Shown: positions 20,918 to 30,879 of the stretch, piece after piece
Layout of the letters: the number at the start of each line of letters is the position of its first letter
Numbering within the stretch: position 1 is the first letter of the stretch
Virus record (IMG/VR): IMGVR_UViG_3300026078_000017
Coordinates: 186,001-250,000 of that record
Length of the DNA: 64,000 nt
Strand: one strand, 5' to 3'
Position numbers and translations under genes: made by a program
Notes under the pieces: model-generated
Database searches by the model: none
The model's input: the letters and a program-made list of their open reading frames with translations, nothing else
What the model was told of the DNA's origin: nothing

Positions 20918-21233
20918 CGGACCTCACTGTTATATATCTCTCTTTACTAAGACGAGTAAAGTCGTTGATTAATGCCACAAGGGCTGTTCTACTGAGACGA
21001 ACACTGCTTAAGGCTTCCTCAACAGCGTATTTTACTTCTTTTGAATCAAAGAAAAGCTTCATTTCTAGAAGACTCTCTAGTGCTCCATATATTCCATTTA
21101 AAGTCTCAAGTGCATTTTCCAACTTGTCTTCAATTGAGAAGATAATTCTGGCAAACTTGATCAGATAGAAGGTTTCAACCCCTAAAAGACCTAACAAAAG
21201 AACAATAAGAGTAACTAGGAGAAATATCAACAT
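20850..21233 (-). CDS. Membrane-anchored coiled-coil protein
   Basis: N-terminal hydrophobic helix (LIFLLVTLIVLLLGLLGV) followed by a heptad-rich region. Confidence 0.55.
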   Translation of the reverse strand: MLIFLLVTLIVLLLGLLGVETFYLIKFARIIFSIEDKLENALETLNGIYGALESLLEMKLFFDSKEVKYAVEEALSSVRLSRTALVALINDFTRLSKERYITVRSDEEDEQELEGGRKDRLPPSIER

Positions 21234-21234
21234 T

Positions 21235-22413
21235 TTACACTACGCTTCCCAAAACCGCATCATAAGCTGTGGAAATTGCTTGAAAAGAGTGTGTTTTCAA
21301 CAATTTACCCTGAAGCTCCTCAGCCCACTGTTTTGGAATGGTCGAGTTTTCATAGAACTTGAGGACACGCTTCTTGAAGTCTTCCTCGTCAGCAATGCCC
21401 CATTGAGAGCCTGGCATCCAGATTTCATTGTCAAAACGACCTGGAGGAACTGCTCCTACCTTGGTATCAACCTTGATGTACTTGCCTTGACCCAGGAACT
21501 CTGTGTGAGCTGACCAACCAGAGGCAATCACTGGAACACCGCTTGCTGCCGCCTCTAAAATCGGTAAACCGAATCCTTCACCATGGGTGAGGGTTACTAG
21601 CGCCTTGATGGAAGGGTGCTTATAGAGCCTTACAACCTCCTCGTCGTTCATTTCCCCGTGAAGAAGATAAAGTTTTGGATTTGTGCCTTTGTTGACTTGG
21701 CTAAGAAGACCCGTCAACTGTTGCTTGCACAAGAACTCATCTGCCTTGGTGTAACGACCCATGTTGGTCTTCAGAACAATGCCAACGTCTGGCTTGTCTG
21801 CAAAGACCTCAAACAGCCACTTGAGCGTAAATGGAAGGTTCTTTCGGTCGGTAGCTGCGTCACCACCCGTGATCTGACCAAATACCAAGAAGTTAAATGC
21901 CGTGTCGGTTTTGAAGTCAAGAGGCTCAACTGTGGAAGACTCTAGAATCTTGTCAAAGAAAGCCTCGGGAACAACAACGATTGGGGTTGTGACCTTTCCA
22001 GAGTTCATGAACACAGACTTGGTAAACTCAGAAGGAACAATAACCAAGGTCATCTTGTTTACGTGTTCAATCCACTTTGGATTACAGCGGTCTGCCTCTA
22101 CGCCTGCCGTCATACCAATATTTACCTTACCAAGTTCAGGACACCACTCATTTGGGAGCTGGAGTTGGATTGTCACATCATAAAGCTTCTTTTGCTTTTG
22201 GGTGGCACTTGCCTGAAAACAACGACCAATCAGGTCATTCTGGGCATAGGTGTCAACATACCAAGGAGTACCTCCCCAGTTCAAAAGTTCTGTCGTAATG
22301 TCCAAGTTGCCATTCTTGTCGGCACGGTCAAACAACCACCTTGCAACTTGTCTTGCGTGAACTCCATAACCACTCTGTGAAAGAAGTGGCGCTCTCAGAA
22401 GAACTGTTTTCAT
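21235..22413 (-). CDS. Glycosyltransferase, GT4/GT-B fold
   Basis: SGYGVHAR N-terminus; HGEGFGLPILEAAASGVPVIASGW (EX7E) motif. Confidence 0.85.
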   Translation of the reverse strand: MKTVLLRAPLLSQSGYGVHARQVARWLFDRADKNGNLDITTELLNWGGTPWYVDTYAQNDLIGRCFQASATQKQKKLYDVTIQLQLPNEWCPELGKVNIGMTAGVEADRCNPKWIEHVNKMTLVIVPSEFTKSVFMNSGKVTTPIVVVPEAFFDKILESSTVEPLDFKTDTAFNFLVFGQITGGDAATDRKNLPFTLKWLFEVFADKPDVGIVLKTNMGRYTKADEFLCKQQLTGLLSQVNKGTNPKLYLLHGEMNDEEVVRLYKHPSIKALVTLTHGEGFGLPILEAAASGVPVIASGWSAHTEFLGQGKYIKVDTKVGAVPPGRFDNEIWMPGSQWGIADEEDFKKRVLKFYENSTIPKQWAEELQGKLLKTHSFQAISTAYDAVLGSVV

Positions 22414-23852
22414 TTTGCGCTTGCCTTTGTGATTTTGATGTTTTTCATCAAGTGAGCCGTAATGTCCATTGGAAGTTTTGCAACACTTGGGTCAATTTTA
22501 ATTTGCTTCTGTTCAAAGAGCTGTTGAGTAGCTTCCTGTTGATTCTTTGGTTGTGGATTTGGATTATCGATGAGAGAAAGACTCCAAGTCTTTGGTTTGT
22601 TTGCCTTGTACTTGAGGATTGTGTCTTCAAGGGTTCTATCCCAGTCAGCAACCATCTTCTCATAAGAGAACTCAAAGTTCGTGTACTCAAGTAGCTTCTG
22701 CTTCATAGCTACTTTCTCTTCTGGTGTGTACTCGTAAACCTTCATGAAGGCATCCACAACCTGTTGGTGATTTGTGAAGTCTTCATAAATGTATGGAACC
22801 ATCTGAGAACCAACGAGCTGTTGACTTGCTGGTGGAATGGCTACTCCGTTTTCTGAGCCGTCTCTGTGATCAATGACCTGACGAGTCAAACCACCAGTGG
22901 TAAGAGCAATGATTGGCTTACCAACCATCATCTGAATCAAGGTAGACAAACCAAAACCTTCAGCCTTGGCAATGTTGATTAGAACGTCAGACATGTTGTG
23001 AACGATGTTCATGTCACTTGGATTAAGCTTTTCTGTGGAGAACATCAGGTGCTCTCTAAGACCATAGAGATTGCTTACCTCAGCCAAGTTGCCGCCTTCG
23101 ACGTCAAATGGATCTGTGTGCATAATCATCATGGCTTTTCTGTGTCCATGCTTTTTTTCAAGAGCATCAAGGAACTCACTGAAGCATGCAATGACATCAG
23201 AGCCCATTTTACGATGAGCATTTCGGTTAACCCACAAGACCTTGAACCAGTCAGCCTTGTCTCCGAACTTGCCAGTATTGAACTCCGTCATCTTTTCTTC
23301 AGGAAGTGGATAGTAGATTTCCTTTGGAAAGCTGTGAGGAATGTAGTTCGTCTTCTCAGGGAAATGAGGCTGAACTAACTCATATGTCTTATATGCAAGA
23401 CAGTTGATGAGGTCAGTTGAGTTGTACCAAATCTCATTGAACTTTGGATATGGACCATTATCCCACACGTGCCAGTAAACAAGTGGAGCGAGTTGATGAA
23501 TTTCATCCAAGACTTCCCAGGTCCAAATGAACTGACGTGGATCAGTAAACAAGAACACAGCATCTGGACGCTCTGACAACAAGATCTGACGAAGTTGTTC
23601 CTTCGTACCAAAACCATCAACTGGTTTGATGATCATGTCAGGATGTGGTTGAGATACACGATAATCGGAGTGCTTCTGTGCACCACCCAAACAAACAAAC
23701 TTGTACTTGCCGGTATTGAGTAGACCATTGAACAATGCGCCAGCCTGGACGCCTACACCTGAGGTAGACAAAGGATGATCGCAAAGCGTTAAAATCTTGA
23801 ACTTCTTTTTGGGAAGTTGTGCCTGTATGTCGCTTGGGTTAAATCCGGTCAT
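22410..23852 (-). CDS. Glycosyltransferase, GT4/GT-B fold
   Basis: SGVG N-terminus; NRNAHRK; AEGFGLSTLIQMMVGKPII motif. Confidence 0.85.
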   Translation of the reverse strand: MTGFNPSDIQAQLPKKKFKILTLCDHPLSTSGVGVQAGALFNGLLNTGKYKFVCLGGAQKHSDYRVSQPHPDMIIKPVDGFGTKEQLRQILLSERPDAVFLFTDPRQFIWTWEVLDEIHQLAPLVYWHVWDNGPYPKFNEIWYNSTDLINCLAYKTYELVQPHFPEKTNYIPHSFPKEIYYPLPEEKMTEFNTGKFGDKADWFKVLWVNRNAHRKMGSDVIACFSEFLDALEKKHGHRKAMMIMHTDPFDVEGGNLAEVSNLYGLREHLMFSTEKLNPSDMNIVHNMSDVLINIAKAEGFGLSTLIQMMVGKPIIALTTGGLTRQVIDHRDGSENGVAIPPASQQLVGSQMVPYIYEDFTNHQQVVDAFMKVYEYTPEEKVAMKQKLLEYTNFEFSYEKMVADWDRTLEDTILKYKANKPKTWSLSLIDNPNPQPKNQQEATQQLFEQKQIKIDPSVAKLPMDITAHLMKNIKITKASAK

Positions 23853-25855
23853 TTCTTTGTTTCCATTTCAAGTAACAATGTACGCTGTCTATCGCTCGTT
23901 ACTGTGTCTTTCATTAAGTTCATCAAGTCATCTTGATACATTATTTTGGCAAGTTCCTTGAACTTTACTTTTGGTTCCCAACCAAGAATGTTTCTTGCTT
24001 TTGTTGGGTCGCTTTCAAGATGCGTAACTTCATGAGGTCTGAGTTGTTGTGGGTCGAACACTACGTATTTTTCCCAATCTAGCCCTGCTTGTTCAAAAAC
24101 TGCAATTACAAACTCTTTTACAGAGTGACTTTCTCCTGTGCCAATAACGAAGTCATCTGGAACATCATGTTGAAGCATTTTCCACATGCACTCCACGTAC
24201 TCTCTGGAGAAACCCCAGTCACGCTTGGCGTCAAGGTTACCCAGAAGAAGCTTGTCTTGTTTACCCAAGGTAATGTTTGCTACAGCCTTTGTAATCTTTC
24301 TTGTTACGAAGTTTTCGCCACGTCTTGGAGATTCATGATTATGTAAAATACCAACGGCAATGAACATTTTGTATGCCTCACGATAGTTCACACAAATATT
24401 ATGTGCAGCTACCTTGGCACAAGCATAAGGACTTGCTGGCATGAAAGCGGTCTGTTCATTCTGAGGATGTTGGGGATTGAAACCAAACTGCTCAGAAGAA
24501 CCAGCCTGATAAATACGGGTATGAGGAATCAAAACCTTTGCTGCGTTGAGAAGTCTGAGGGTTCCCATGGCAACAACATCAAATGTCTCTTCAGGACAGT
24601 CAAAGCTGACTCTTACATGAGACTGAGCTGCTAGATTGTAAATCTCATCAGGCTTGTATTCTTCCAAAATCTTCCACAGGGAACTTGAATCCTGCATGTT
24701 TCCATAAACAGAAATGAAGTTTGGATGTTCGATTATGTTCTTCATCCATGGGTGCATGCTTTGGGAGTTTCGACGAAACATACCAACAACGACGTAGTTC
24801 TTCAAAAGTAAGAACTCAGCAAGGTAGCTTCCATCTTGACCAGCCACTCCAGTGATTAAGGCGACTTTACGGTGAGTGTCTTCTTTTTTCATGTTTGGAT
24901 TTTTATTCTGGGTTTCCAAGAAGAAATCATAAGCATTTTTTAATGAATCTTCGAAGGTAATTTTAGGCTTCCAACCCAATTTTGTCTGTCTTGACACATC
25001 CGAAAGTTTTTGAAACATTCCATCAGGTCTTGAGGTGTTGAAGGCAAACTTGATTTTTTGTTCAGAACCTACCTTGGTTTCCCCAGTAAGAACCTCAACA
25101 GCCTTTTCATAGATTTCCTTGATACTCAGGTCATATCCAGTAGACACGTTCATGATGTCTGGAACTTCATCGAACTTATCCAAGGAGAAAAAGATAAAAT
25201 CTGCTAAGTCAGCAGCATCCATGAACTCTCTTCTTGGTGTGCCAGTTCCCCAAATCTCAATATAAGTGTCAGACTGTGTTTCCAGTCTTATCTTGGCCTC
25301 ATGAACCTTACGAATGATGGCTGGAAGAAGATGGCTTGCTTCAGGGTCAAAGTGATCCCATCTACCAAACAAGTTGCAAGGAATATAGGTTTTATATGAG
25401 ACACCCTTTTCTTCAGAAGCATACTGACAGGCTCTTTGAACTGCATTTTTAGCAATCGCGTAACCTTCATTGGTTGGCTCAAGAGGACCAGTGAACAGAT
25501 ACGACTCCTTCATTGGCTGTTGAGCCTCACGTGGATACATGCAGGTAGAACCAAGATTAATCATCTTGGATACCCCGAGCTGTTTTGCAGCTCTTACCAC
25601 ATTCAAACCCATGGTGATGTTATCCATCATGAAATTGAACATGTTGGTTTTGTTGGCCTGAATGCCACCAACCAAGCCAGCCGTGTGAATGATGAGGTCT
25701 GGCTTGGTAATGTCTATTGTCTCAACAACTTGAGCAAAGTTCAACAAGTCGAGGTCCTTGCGTGAGGGAGCAATGATTTCGTGTTGTTGAGCTGCTGGAT
25801 GTTCTAGGATATTTCTTCCTACCATTCCAGTGCCACCAGTTAAAAGGATCTTCAT
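23849..25855 (-). CDS. fcl-gmd: Fused GDP-L-fucose synthase (Fcl/GMER, about aa 1-315) and GDP-mannose 4,6-dehydratase (Gmd, aa 322-668)
   Basis: Two Rossmann motifs (TGGTGMVG; ITGVAGQDGSYLAE). Fcl motifs STCMYP, YAIAK, WGTGTPRREF; Gmd motifs NLAAQSHV, SSEQFG, SPYACAK, NHESPRRGENFVTRKI. Confidence 0.92.
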   Translation of the reverse strand: MKILLTGGTGMVGRNILEHPAAQQHEIIAPSRKDLDLLNFAQVVETIDITKPDLIIHTAGLVGGIQANKTNMFNFMMDNITMGLNVVRAAKQLGVSKMINLGSTCMYPREAQQPMKESYLFTGPLEPTNEGYAIAKNAVQRACQYASEEKGVSYKTYIPCNLFGRWDHFDPEASHLLPAIIRKVHEAKIRLETQSDTYIEIWGTGTPRREFMDAADLADFIFFSLDKFDEVPDIMNVSTGYDLSIKEIYEKAVEVLTGETKVGSEQKIKFAFNTSRPDGMFQKLSDVSRQTKLGWKPKITFEDSLKNAYDFFLETQNKNPNMKKEDTHRKVALITGVAGQDGSYLAEFLLLKNYVVVGMFRRNSQSMHPWMKNIIEHPNFISVYGNMQDSSSLWKILEEYKPDEIYNLAAQSHVRVSFDCPEETFDVVAMGTLRLLNAAKVLIPHTRIYQAGSSEQFGFNPQHPQNEQTAFMPASPYACAKVAAHNICVNYREAYKMFIAVGILHNHESPRRGENFVTRKITKAVANITLGKQDKLLLGNLDAKRDWGFSREYVECMWKMLQHDVPDDFVIGTGESHSVKEFVIAVFEQAGLDWEKYVVFDPQQLRPHEVTHLESDPTKARNILGWEPKVKFKELAKIMYQDDLMNLMKDTVTSDRQRTLLLEMETKK

Positions 25856-26538
25856 TTTCTTACCTTAAAGACTCCATAACTGACACAGTCATTGTAGACT
25901 GGGCTATAAAGTAATGATTTGTCTGCGTTTTGCTTCATTACAACTGCATCACATGGTTCAAACAAGTCAAAGGCATCAAGAGTAAAGTCTGTCATGCCAT
26001 ATGAGGTATTTTGATCCTCTGTCTTTAGGCCAGCTCGGTTTCTGGCTCTTTCAAGTTCATTCCATGGAAGACATGACTGGTCATAGTGATCCCAGTACTC
26101 ATCCAAGGTAATAACCATTTTTCCACCTGGACGAAGAACTCTGTGCATTTCCTTCAAAATCTTCTTGAAGAGGTCAAAGTTATCAATGTGTTCAAATGTA
26201 GAAATGGCGTAAACTAAGTCGATGGAGTTATCTGGCATCTGAAGGTTCGATGCATCCATCCACAAGACTTTATGGTTTGGAGTATTGATTTCTTCATTCT
26301 TGATTCGAGAGTCGAAGTCAAATCCAAGGTAGGATTTCGGCTTTAGGTTGTCTCTAACGAACTCATGCCAGTTGTGCTCTGAAGGTAAACCAGTTCCAAA
26401 GTCAATAACGTCCAATCCTTCTACAGGCTCTACAAAAGCAGCCCACATGTACTCATAAGGTCTGGAACCCCAGTTTCCAAAACGAATGCCAGGCAACTGT
26501 GGGTCTGAGGTTTTAAAGTATCCAAATTTTTTCATCAC
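25852..26538 (-). CDS. Class I SAM-dependent methyltransferase
   Basis: VIDFGTG motif I; DASNL..PDNSIDLVYAISTFEHI; RVLRPGGKMVIT. Confidence 0.85.
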   Translation of the reverse strand: MMKKFGYFKTSDPQLPGIRFGNWGSRPYEYMWAAFVEPVEGLDVIDFGTGLPSEHNWHEFVRDNLKPKSYLGFDFDSRIKNEEINTPNHKVLWMDASNLQMPDNSIDLVYAISTFEHIDNFDLFKKILKEMHRVLRPGGKMVITLDEYWDHYDQSCLPWNELERARNRAGLKTEDQNTSYGMTDFTLDAFDLFEPCDAVVMKQNADKSLLYSPVYNDCVSYGVFKVRK

Positions 26539-27473
26539 AACACCTTCAGGATATTATTGATTCGATTCACGAAAGTGTGTTTGTCCTTGACCTTTTGAAC
26601 CAATTCTCTTAGCGTTTGGGGATCTGGGTTTTCTTCCCACAGTTTTGCCTTAAGGTACATTTCTGCTGTGTCAGGAGAATATGGAAGCTTTTGGTCAAAC
26701 AAATCCCACACCGTCTGAGAGTTGGTTGCCGTCATACGACCAAAGGATAGGTTTTTAAAGACACGACAAGGCACATAGCCCTTGTCTACTTGCCAGGACC
26801 CCTGAAGGGCTGGGGCTATCCAGGACTCGGCTATAGCACGAGGCTGGAGGTCATTCTGGAGCTTGGCATGAATAAGTTGGACTCCATCACCCTTGGCTGC
26901 CTGAGCCAAGTCTTGAATTTTGTCATCATTCCTGTGAGGACCACCCATGATGCTACCAATCCAAAAGATTTGCTTGCGACGTTTGTGTTGCATGGCAATC
27001 GTGTGGTCTGGGTCTATTTCACTTGGAAGCAGATTTGTTGCCCATGGTTGGTAAAGAGTTCTGTTGTCACACCCGTGATCAGGTCTGGAATAATCCGGAT
27101 CTTTTTGATAATAGGCGAGCTGTTCAAGGTCAACAGGAACAACATTTCTTGTCAAACAGTCATGAGTGTAAACCTGAAGGTTCAAGACGTTCGGAAGAAT
27201 AGGGCGATACTTGTCCAGGTTGCAGTTATGAATGACGTACTTGCTTGACGCAACAATTGGAATGTTTTGATCAACCTGTCCTTCAGTGAGGAACAGGCAA
27301 TTCTCAAAAGAAAGACCAGAGACATCATCGGAGTTGTCCAGCCATAAAACCTCATATCCCATGTAGTTGAAGGTTCGATACCAGGAGTCATGAATAAAAG
27401 CAAAAGTGTTTGCCGTTCTAGCATCCAGGAGTTTATGACCCCAAACAACTACCTTGTTAAATTTTTCTGTCAT
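26535..27473 (-). CDS. Putative glycosyltransferase (CgeB-like GT-B)
   Basis: IFWIGS and YVPCRVFKNLSFG resemble CgeB-type RxFE motifs; cluster context. Confidence 0.5.
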   Translation of the reverse strand: MTEKFNKVVVWGHKLLDARTANTFAFIHDSWYRTFNYMGYEVLWLDNSDDVSGLSFENCLFLTEGQVDQNIPIVASSKYVIHNCNLDKYRPILPNVLNLQVYTHDCLTRNVVPVDLEQLAYYQKDPDYSRPDHGCDNRTLYQPWATNLLPSEIDPDHTIAMQHKRRKQIFWIGSIMGGPHRNDDKIQDLAQAAKGDGVQLIHAKLQNDLQPRAIAESWIAPALQGSWQVDKGYVPCRVFKNLSFGRMTATNSQTVWDLFDQKLPYSPDTAEMYLKAKLWEENPDPQTLRELVQKVKDKHTFVNRINNILKVL

Positions 27474-28479
27474 ACGTTTCCTTTTCTAAAAACTGATCAA
27501 GCCTTCTGGAAAGTTCTTCATAGGAGATGACAACATCTTTAGAGGAATAGTCCTTAAAAGGACCAGAAGCCTTCTGACGTGACCAGGACTCCCTGATGCA
27601 ATATGCAAAGCCATAGTCTTCCTTCTTTATGTCCTCAAGTTCGTTCATCATGATTTCATGAATCTTTTCTCCAGGACGAATACCAATGATTTTAGTAGGC
27701 TTGTTGAACTTCTTGCTAAAATATGTGGCAAGGTCTTCAACCTTGAATGAGTCGAGTTTTGGAACCCACATAGAACCTGAAGTGCCATAGGCAAGAGCCA
27801 TGTCAATAAGCTTAACCGACTCCTCCAGAAGCATCATGAACCTTGTCATGTTCGGATCTGTAATGGTAAAGGCTTCAGCCTCCTTGGCTTGCTTTAAAAA
27901 CAAGGGAACGATACTTCCTCTTGAGGAGATAACATTTCCATATCTTGTAACCATGTAGGCAACCGAACTTTTTGCAGCCGTAGCAATAACCAGTTTCTCA
28001 GAAATGCTCTTACACATGCCATATACGTTAATCGGATTGCATGCCTTGTCGGTTGACACAAAACAAACTCTGGTGATTTTATTGTCTGGACGTATGGAGT
28101 TTTCCTCAATGGCATCCAGTACGTTTCTAACGCCAATTACGTTTGTGTCGATTGACTCACTTGGTTGATTCTCGCAAGTATCTACCTGTTTCAAAGCCTG
28201 TGCAATAATGACATAAGTTGGGTTCTCTTGACGAATAACCTGACTTACACGACGTGGATCACGAACATCACAAATAATCGTGCTTATTTTCTTGCGGCTG
28301 TTTAACGGAGGAAACTTGTTCTTGAGTTCCCAGTGCTTTGCTTCATCCCTGGAAACCACAACAATGTCAGAAATATATTGCCTGTAAAAGGAAACAAGGG
28401 CTTGTCCCAAAGAACCAGCCCCTCCAAAAATCAACAACTTCTTGTCAGTTAAGTTACTTACGTGTTGCATTTGCCCCAT
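27457..28479 (-). CDS. UDP-GlcNAc 4,6-dehydratase (inverting; PseB/FnlA/CapE family)
   Basis: GGAGSLG, SRDEAK, ALKQV..CE, STDKACNPINVYG.CK, RYGNVISSRGSIVPLF, TRF, GIRPGEKIHE; no N-terminal TM domain. Confidence 0.88.
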   Translation of the reverse strand: MGQMQHVSNLTDKKLLIFGGAGSLGQALVSFYRQYISDIVVVSRDEAKHWELKNKFPPLNSRKKISTIICDVRDPRRVSQVIRQENPTYVIIAQALKQVDTCENQPSESIDTNVIGVRNVLDAIEENSIRPDNKITRVCFVSTDKACNPINVYGMCKSISEKLVIATAAKSSVAYMVTRYGNVISSRGSIVPLFLKQAKEAEAFTITDPNMTRFMMLLEESVKLIDMALAYGTSGSMWVPKLDSFKVEDLATYFSKKFNKPTKIIGIRPGEKIHEIMMNELEDIKKEDYGFAYCIRESWSRQKASGPFKDYSSKDVVISYEELSRRLDQFLEKETYDRKI

Positions 28480-29342
28480 CCGAAGTAAGTGTCTATCGGA
28501 ATCTGGAAGTTGTGTTCCTTGGCTTTTATGAATTGATCCATTTTAATTCCCCTGATTTCCTCGGGCATTATTGTCCTGGAAATGAAGTCTGCCACGAAGT
28601 CAGTCTTGGCTTGGTGATGTTGTTGACTCTGATGATCCCAGTTACTGGACCTACAATAGTGCAAGAAGGCATTTCCAAAGAACTCAAGGTTCCACTCAGG
28701 ATTGTATGAACCAACAATCTCATCAGGAAGACAATGCATGTTTTTGTTTTCTGGCTTGATATGCCAGGTGTTGTGCATGGTTCTTACTGCGGCTTTCACC
28801 TCAGGATGCTTCTCAAAATACAAGTGAAGTCCACCACCCGTGTCAAGACGAGTGTTGTTAATTCCAATACCTTCCCAGTCAATCGTCTCAGCCTCTGGCA
28901 ACAGCTCAGGATTTGCCATCACAATCACAGGTGTGAGATAGTGGTAAATGTGATCTCTCTGTTGTTTACACCCACCAAAGGTTCCTGTGTCTCCAAGAAA
29001 CTCATTGACGGAAAATGGAGCAACCATAAAGCAGTCGCCATCAAGGAACATCACATAGGAATCCTTGTGTTTACACATGTCAGAACGCCAAACCATGTTC
29101 AAGGAATCGGCATGATGTTTTCCTGCCAGGTGAAAGGGTGTATCTGAGTGAGTCTGGATTGTAAAAAGCCCAGCAGCTTCTGCTGTTGTATTAATAGCAT
29201 CTCTCAAACTCTGTTCTCTGGCATTATTGATGATGGTGAAGTCAAAAGGGTCTTTTAGGTGCTTTTGAAGGGTCATCAACTGCCATCTGATAAACTCAGG
29301 ACGATTGTAGTGAACAGCATATACATGTACAGGTTTAGTCAT
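28458..29342 (-). CDS. Putative GT-A fold glycosyltransferase
   Basis: VHYNRPEFI...TIINNA...MFLDGDCF (DxD) pattern. Confidence 0.55.
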   Translation of the reverse strand: MTKPVHVYAVHYNRPEFIRWQLMTLQKHLKDPFDFTIINNAREQSLRDAINTTAEAAGLFTIQTHSDTPFHLAGKHHADSLNMVWRSDMCKHKDSYVMFLDGDCFMVAPFSVNEFLGDTGTFGGCKQQRDHIYHYLTPVIVMANPELLPEAETIDWEGIGINNTRLDTGGGLHLYFEKHPEVKAAVRTMHNTWHIKPENKNMHCLPDEIVGSYNPEWNLEFFGNAFLHYCRSSNWDHQSQQHHQAKTDFVADFISRTIMPEEIRGIKMDQFIKAKEHNFQIPIDTYFGWGKCNT

Positions 29343-30189
29343 TTTCTTTCATCCACTCTCTCAGTTCACAAAGTTGATCACAAATGTTTGGTGCTTCTCC
29401 ATTGCTAGGCAACAGAGCACGATTGACTGCTTTTGGAGCTTTAACATTTTCAACCAAAGGATTTTTCCACTCATTACAAAACACGTTGCTAATGTTAACC
29501 AGAAGATCATATTTTGTTATTGGTGCACTTGCTAGTTGTACGAGCATTCCTGGTGGAAGAGTTAGCAATTGACTTTTGTTGAAAATAAATCTCTCAAGGT
29601 ATTGAGCCAAATATAAAGTTGTTACACCAGACCAAATATGGTTGTTAAATCCTGGAACGCTTTGTTTTGGACTGTTCCTAAACCACTCAAACAAACCATG
29701 TTCAGTGTCGGCCGGACCAATGATGCTTGTCCTTACCACGATAGTGTCTGATGGTTCTCCAAGAGCCTTAGAAATACCATAGTCATCATCTGCGTCCTTT
29801 GGTGCTGAGGCGATATATCGTTCACCTGGTTTGAGGTCGCCCTTAAACACACAGTCACTTGAAATGTGAATTAGTTTGACATTAGCCTTTTTACAAGCCA
29901 ATGCCAGCTTCCATGGAAATACAGCATTAACCTCATAAAAGTCTGAGGACTTCAATCCTTCTTTTTGCTTGATGTTTCCAATGCAGTTAATGACAAAGTC
30001 ATAACCTTCAAAACTTGGTAGCAAGTCCGACTTCACGTCAAACTTGATAACTCCCACAGCTTTTCTTGTAGGCATCCAAGAAGGAATTTTGTCTCGAACA
30101 GTAAAGGTAACATTGTGATCTTTAGAAATCAAATACCTAACAACCACACTGCCCAACATCCCTGTGCCGCCGAGTACCAATACTTTCAT
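29335..30189 (-). CDS. RmlD-like NDP-sugar 4-keto reductase (SDR)
   Basis: LGGTGMLG, VINCIG, HISSDCVF, YGISKALGE (YxxxK), RTSIIG, WSGVTT. Confidence 0.85.
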   Translation of the reverse strand: MKVLVLGGTGMLGSVVVRYLISKDHNVTFTVRDKIPSWMPTRKAVGVIKFDVKSDLLPSFEGYDFVINCIGNIKQKEGLKSSDFYEVNAVFPWKLALACKKANVKLIHISSDCVFKGDLKPGERYIASAPKDADDDYGISKALGEPSDTIVVRTSIIGPADTEHGLFEWFRNSPKQSVPGFNNHIWSGVTTLYLAQYLERFIFNKSQLLTLPPGMLVQLASAPITKYDLLVNISNVFCNEWKNPLVENVKAPKAVNRALLPSNGEAPNICDQLCELREWMKEND

Positions 30190-30875
30190 GTTCTCATTTC
30201 CTTGTGGTTTTTATCAAGAGCCAAGAGTCTCTTCTGAAATGGAAGAGACCAGGACTCAGGATAACAGTAAGAAGGCGACAAGGACAAAGTAGGAGGATTA
30301 TCGATAAAATACCTGTTCATGTGAGACTCATCATGCCAAACGGCTATGATATTTTTGGCTTTATCTTCCAAAACACGACTACCAATGGTTTCACACATCT
30401 TCAGGTATTCTTTAGCAGAACCTCCATTGAATCCACCAGCATAATACACAGTGCCCTCTGAAGGCGCTACAAAGGCTTTGGAGACACGATTGGTCTCATA
30501 GGTGAATGCCTCCCTTGGCTTGTTGAAAAAGCCCGGGTGGATGGTTCCTACGCGGTCTGAGAGCACTTCATCCCCAACCGTGTCCACAAACAACATGTCG
30601 GCATCACAATAAAAGAGATAATCCATCTCTTCTAGTTGCTTCTTTGTCGAAGGCATGGTGAACACATTATACCGAAATAAGGTTGGTCCCGGCCAAGCCA
30701 TATGGATTTGTGGGATAATAACCTGACCAGGTTCTGGTGTGATGCCATGTTTGTTTGTGAAGACAAACATAGTAACCTCATGTTTGGTCAAAAAATGCTT
30801 TTTAACCGACTCCCATAAAGGTGGTACAAAGTCATAGTATTTATTTGTGGCAATAACCAACAGTCCAATTTTCAC
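30186..30875 (-). CDS. GT6 family glycosyltransferase (ABO-like alpha-1,3-GalNAc/Gal transferase)
   Basis: IATNKY, WP..TL.RY, YLFYCDAD, HPGF, YYAGGFNGG, WHDESHMNRYF: the full GT6 motif set. Confidence 0.9.
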   Translation of the reverse strand: MKIGLLVIATNKYYDFVPPLWESVKKHFLTKHEVTMFVFTNKHGITPEPGQVIIPQIHMAWPGPTLFRYNVFTMPSTKKQLEEMDYLFYCDADMLFVDTVGDEVLSDRVGTIHPGFFNKPREAFTYETNRVSKAFVAPSEGTVYYAGGFNGGSAKEYLKMCETIGSRVLEDKAKNIIAVWHDESHMNRYFIDNPPTLSLSPSYCYPESWSLPFQKRLLALDKNHKEMRT

Positions 30876-30879
30876 AGGA

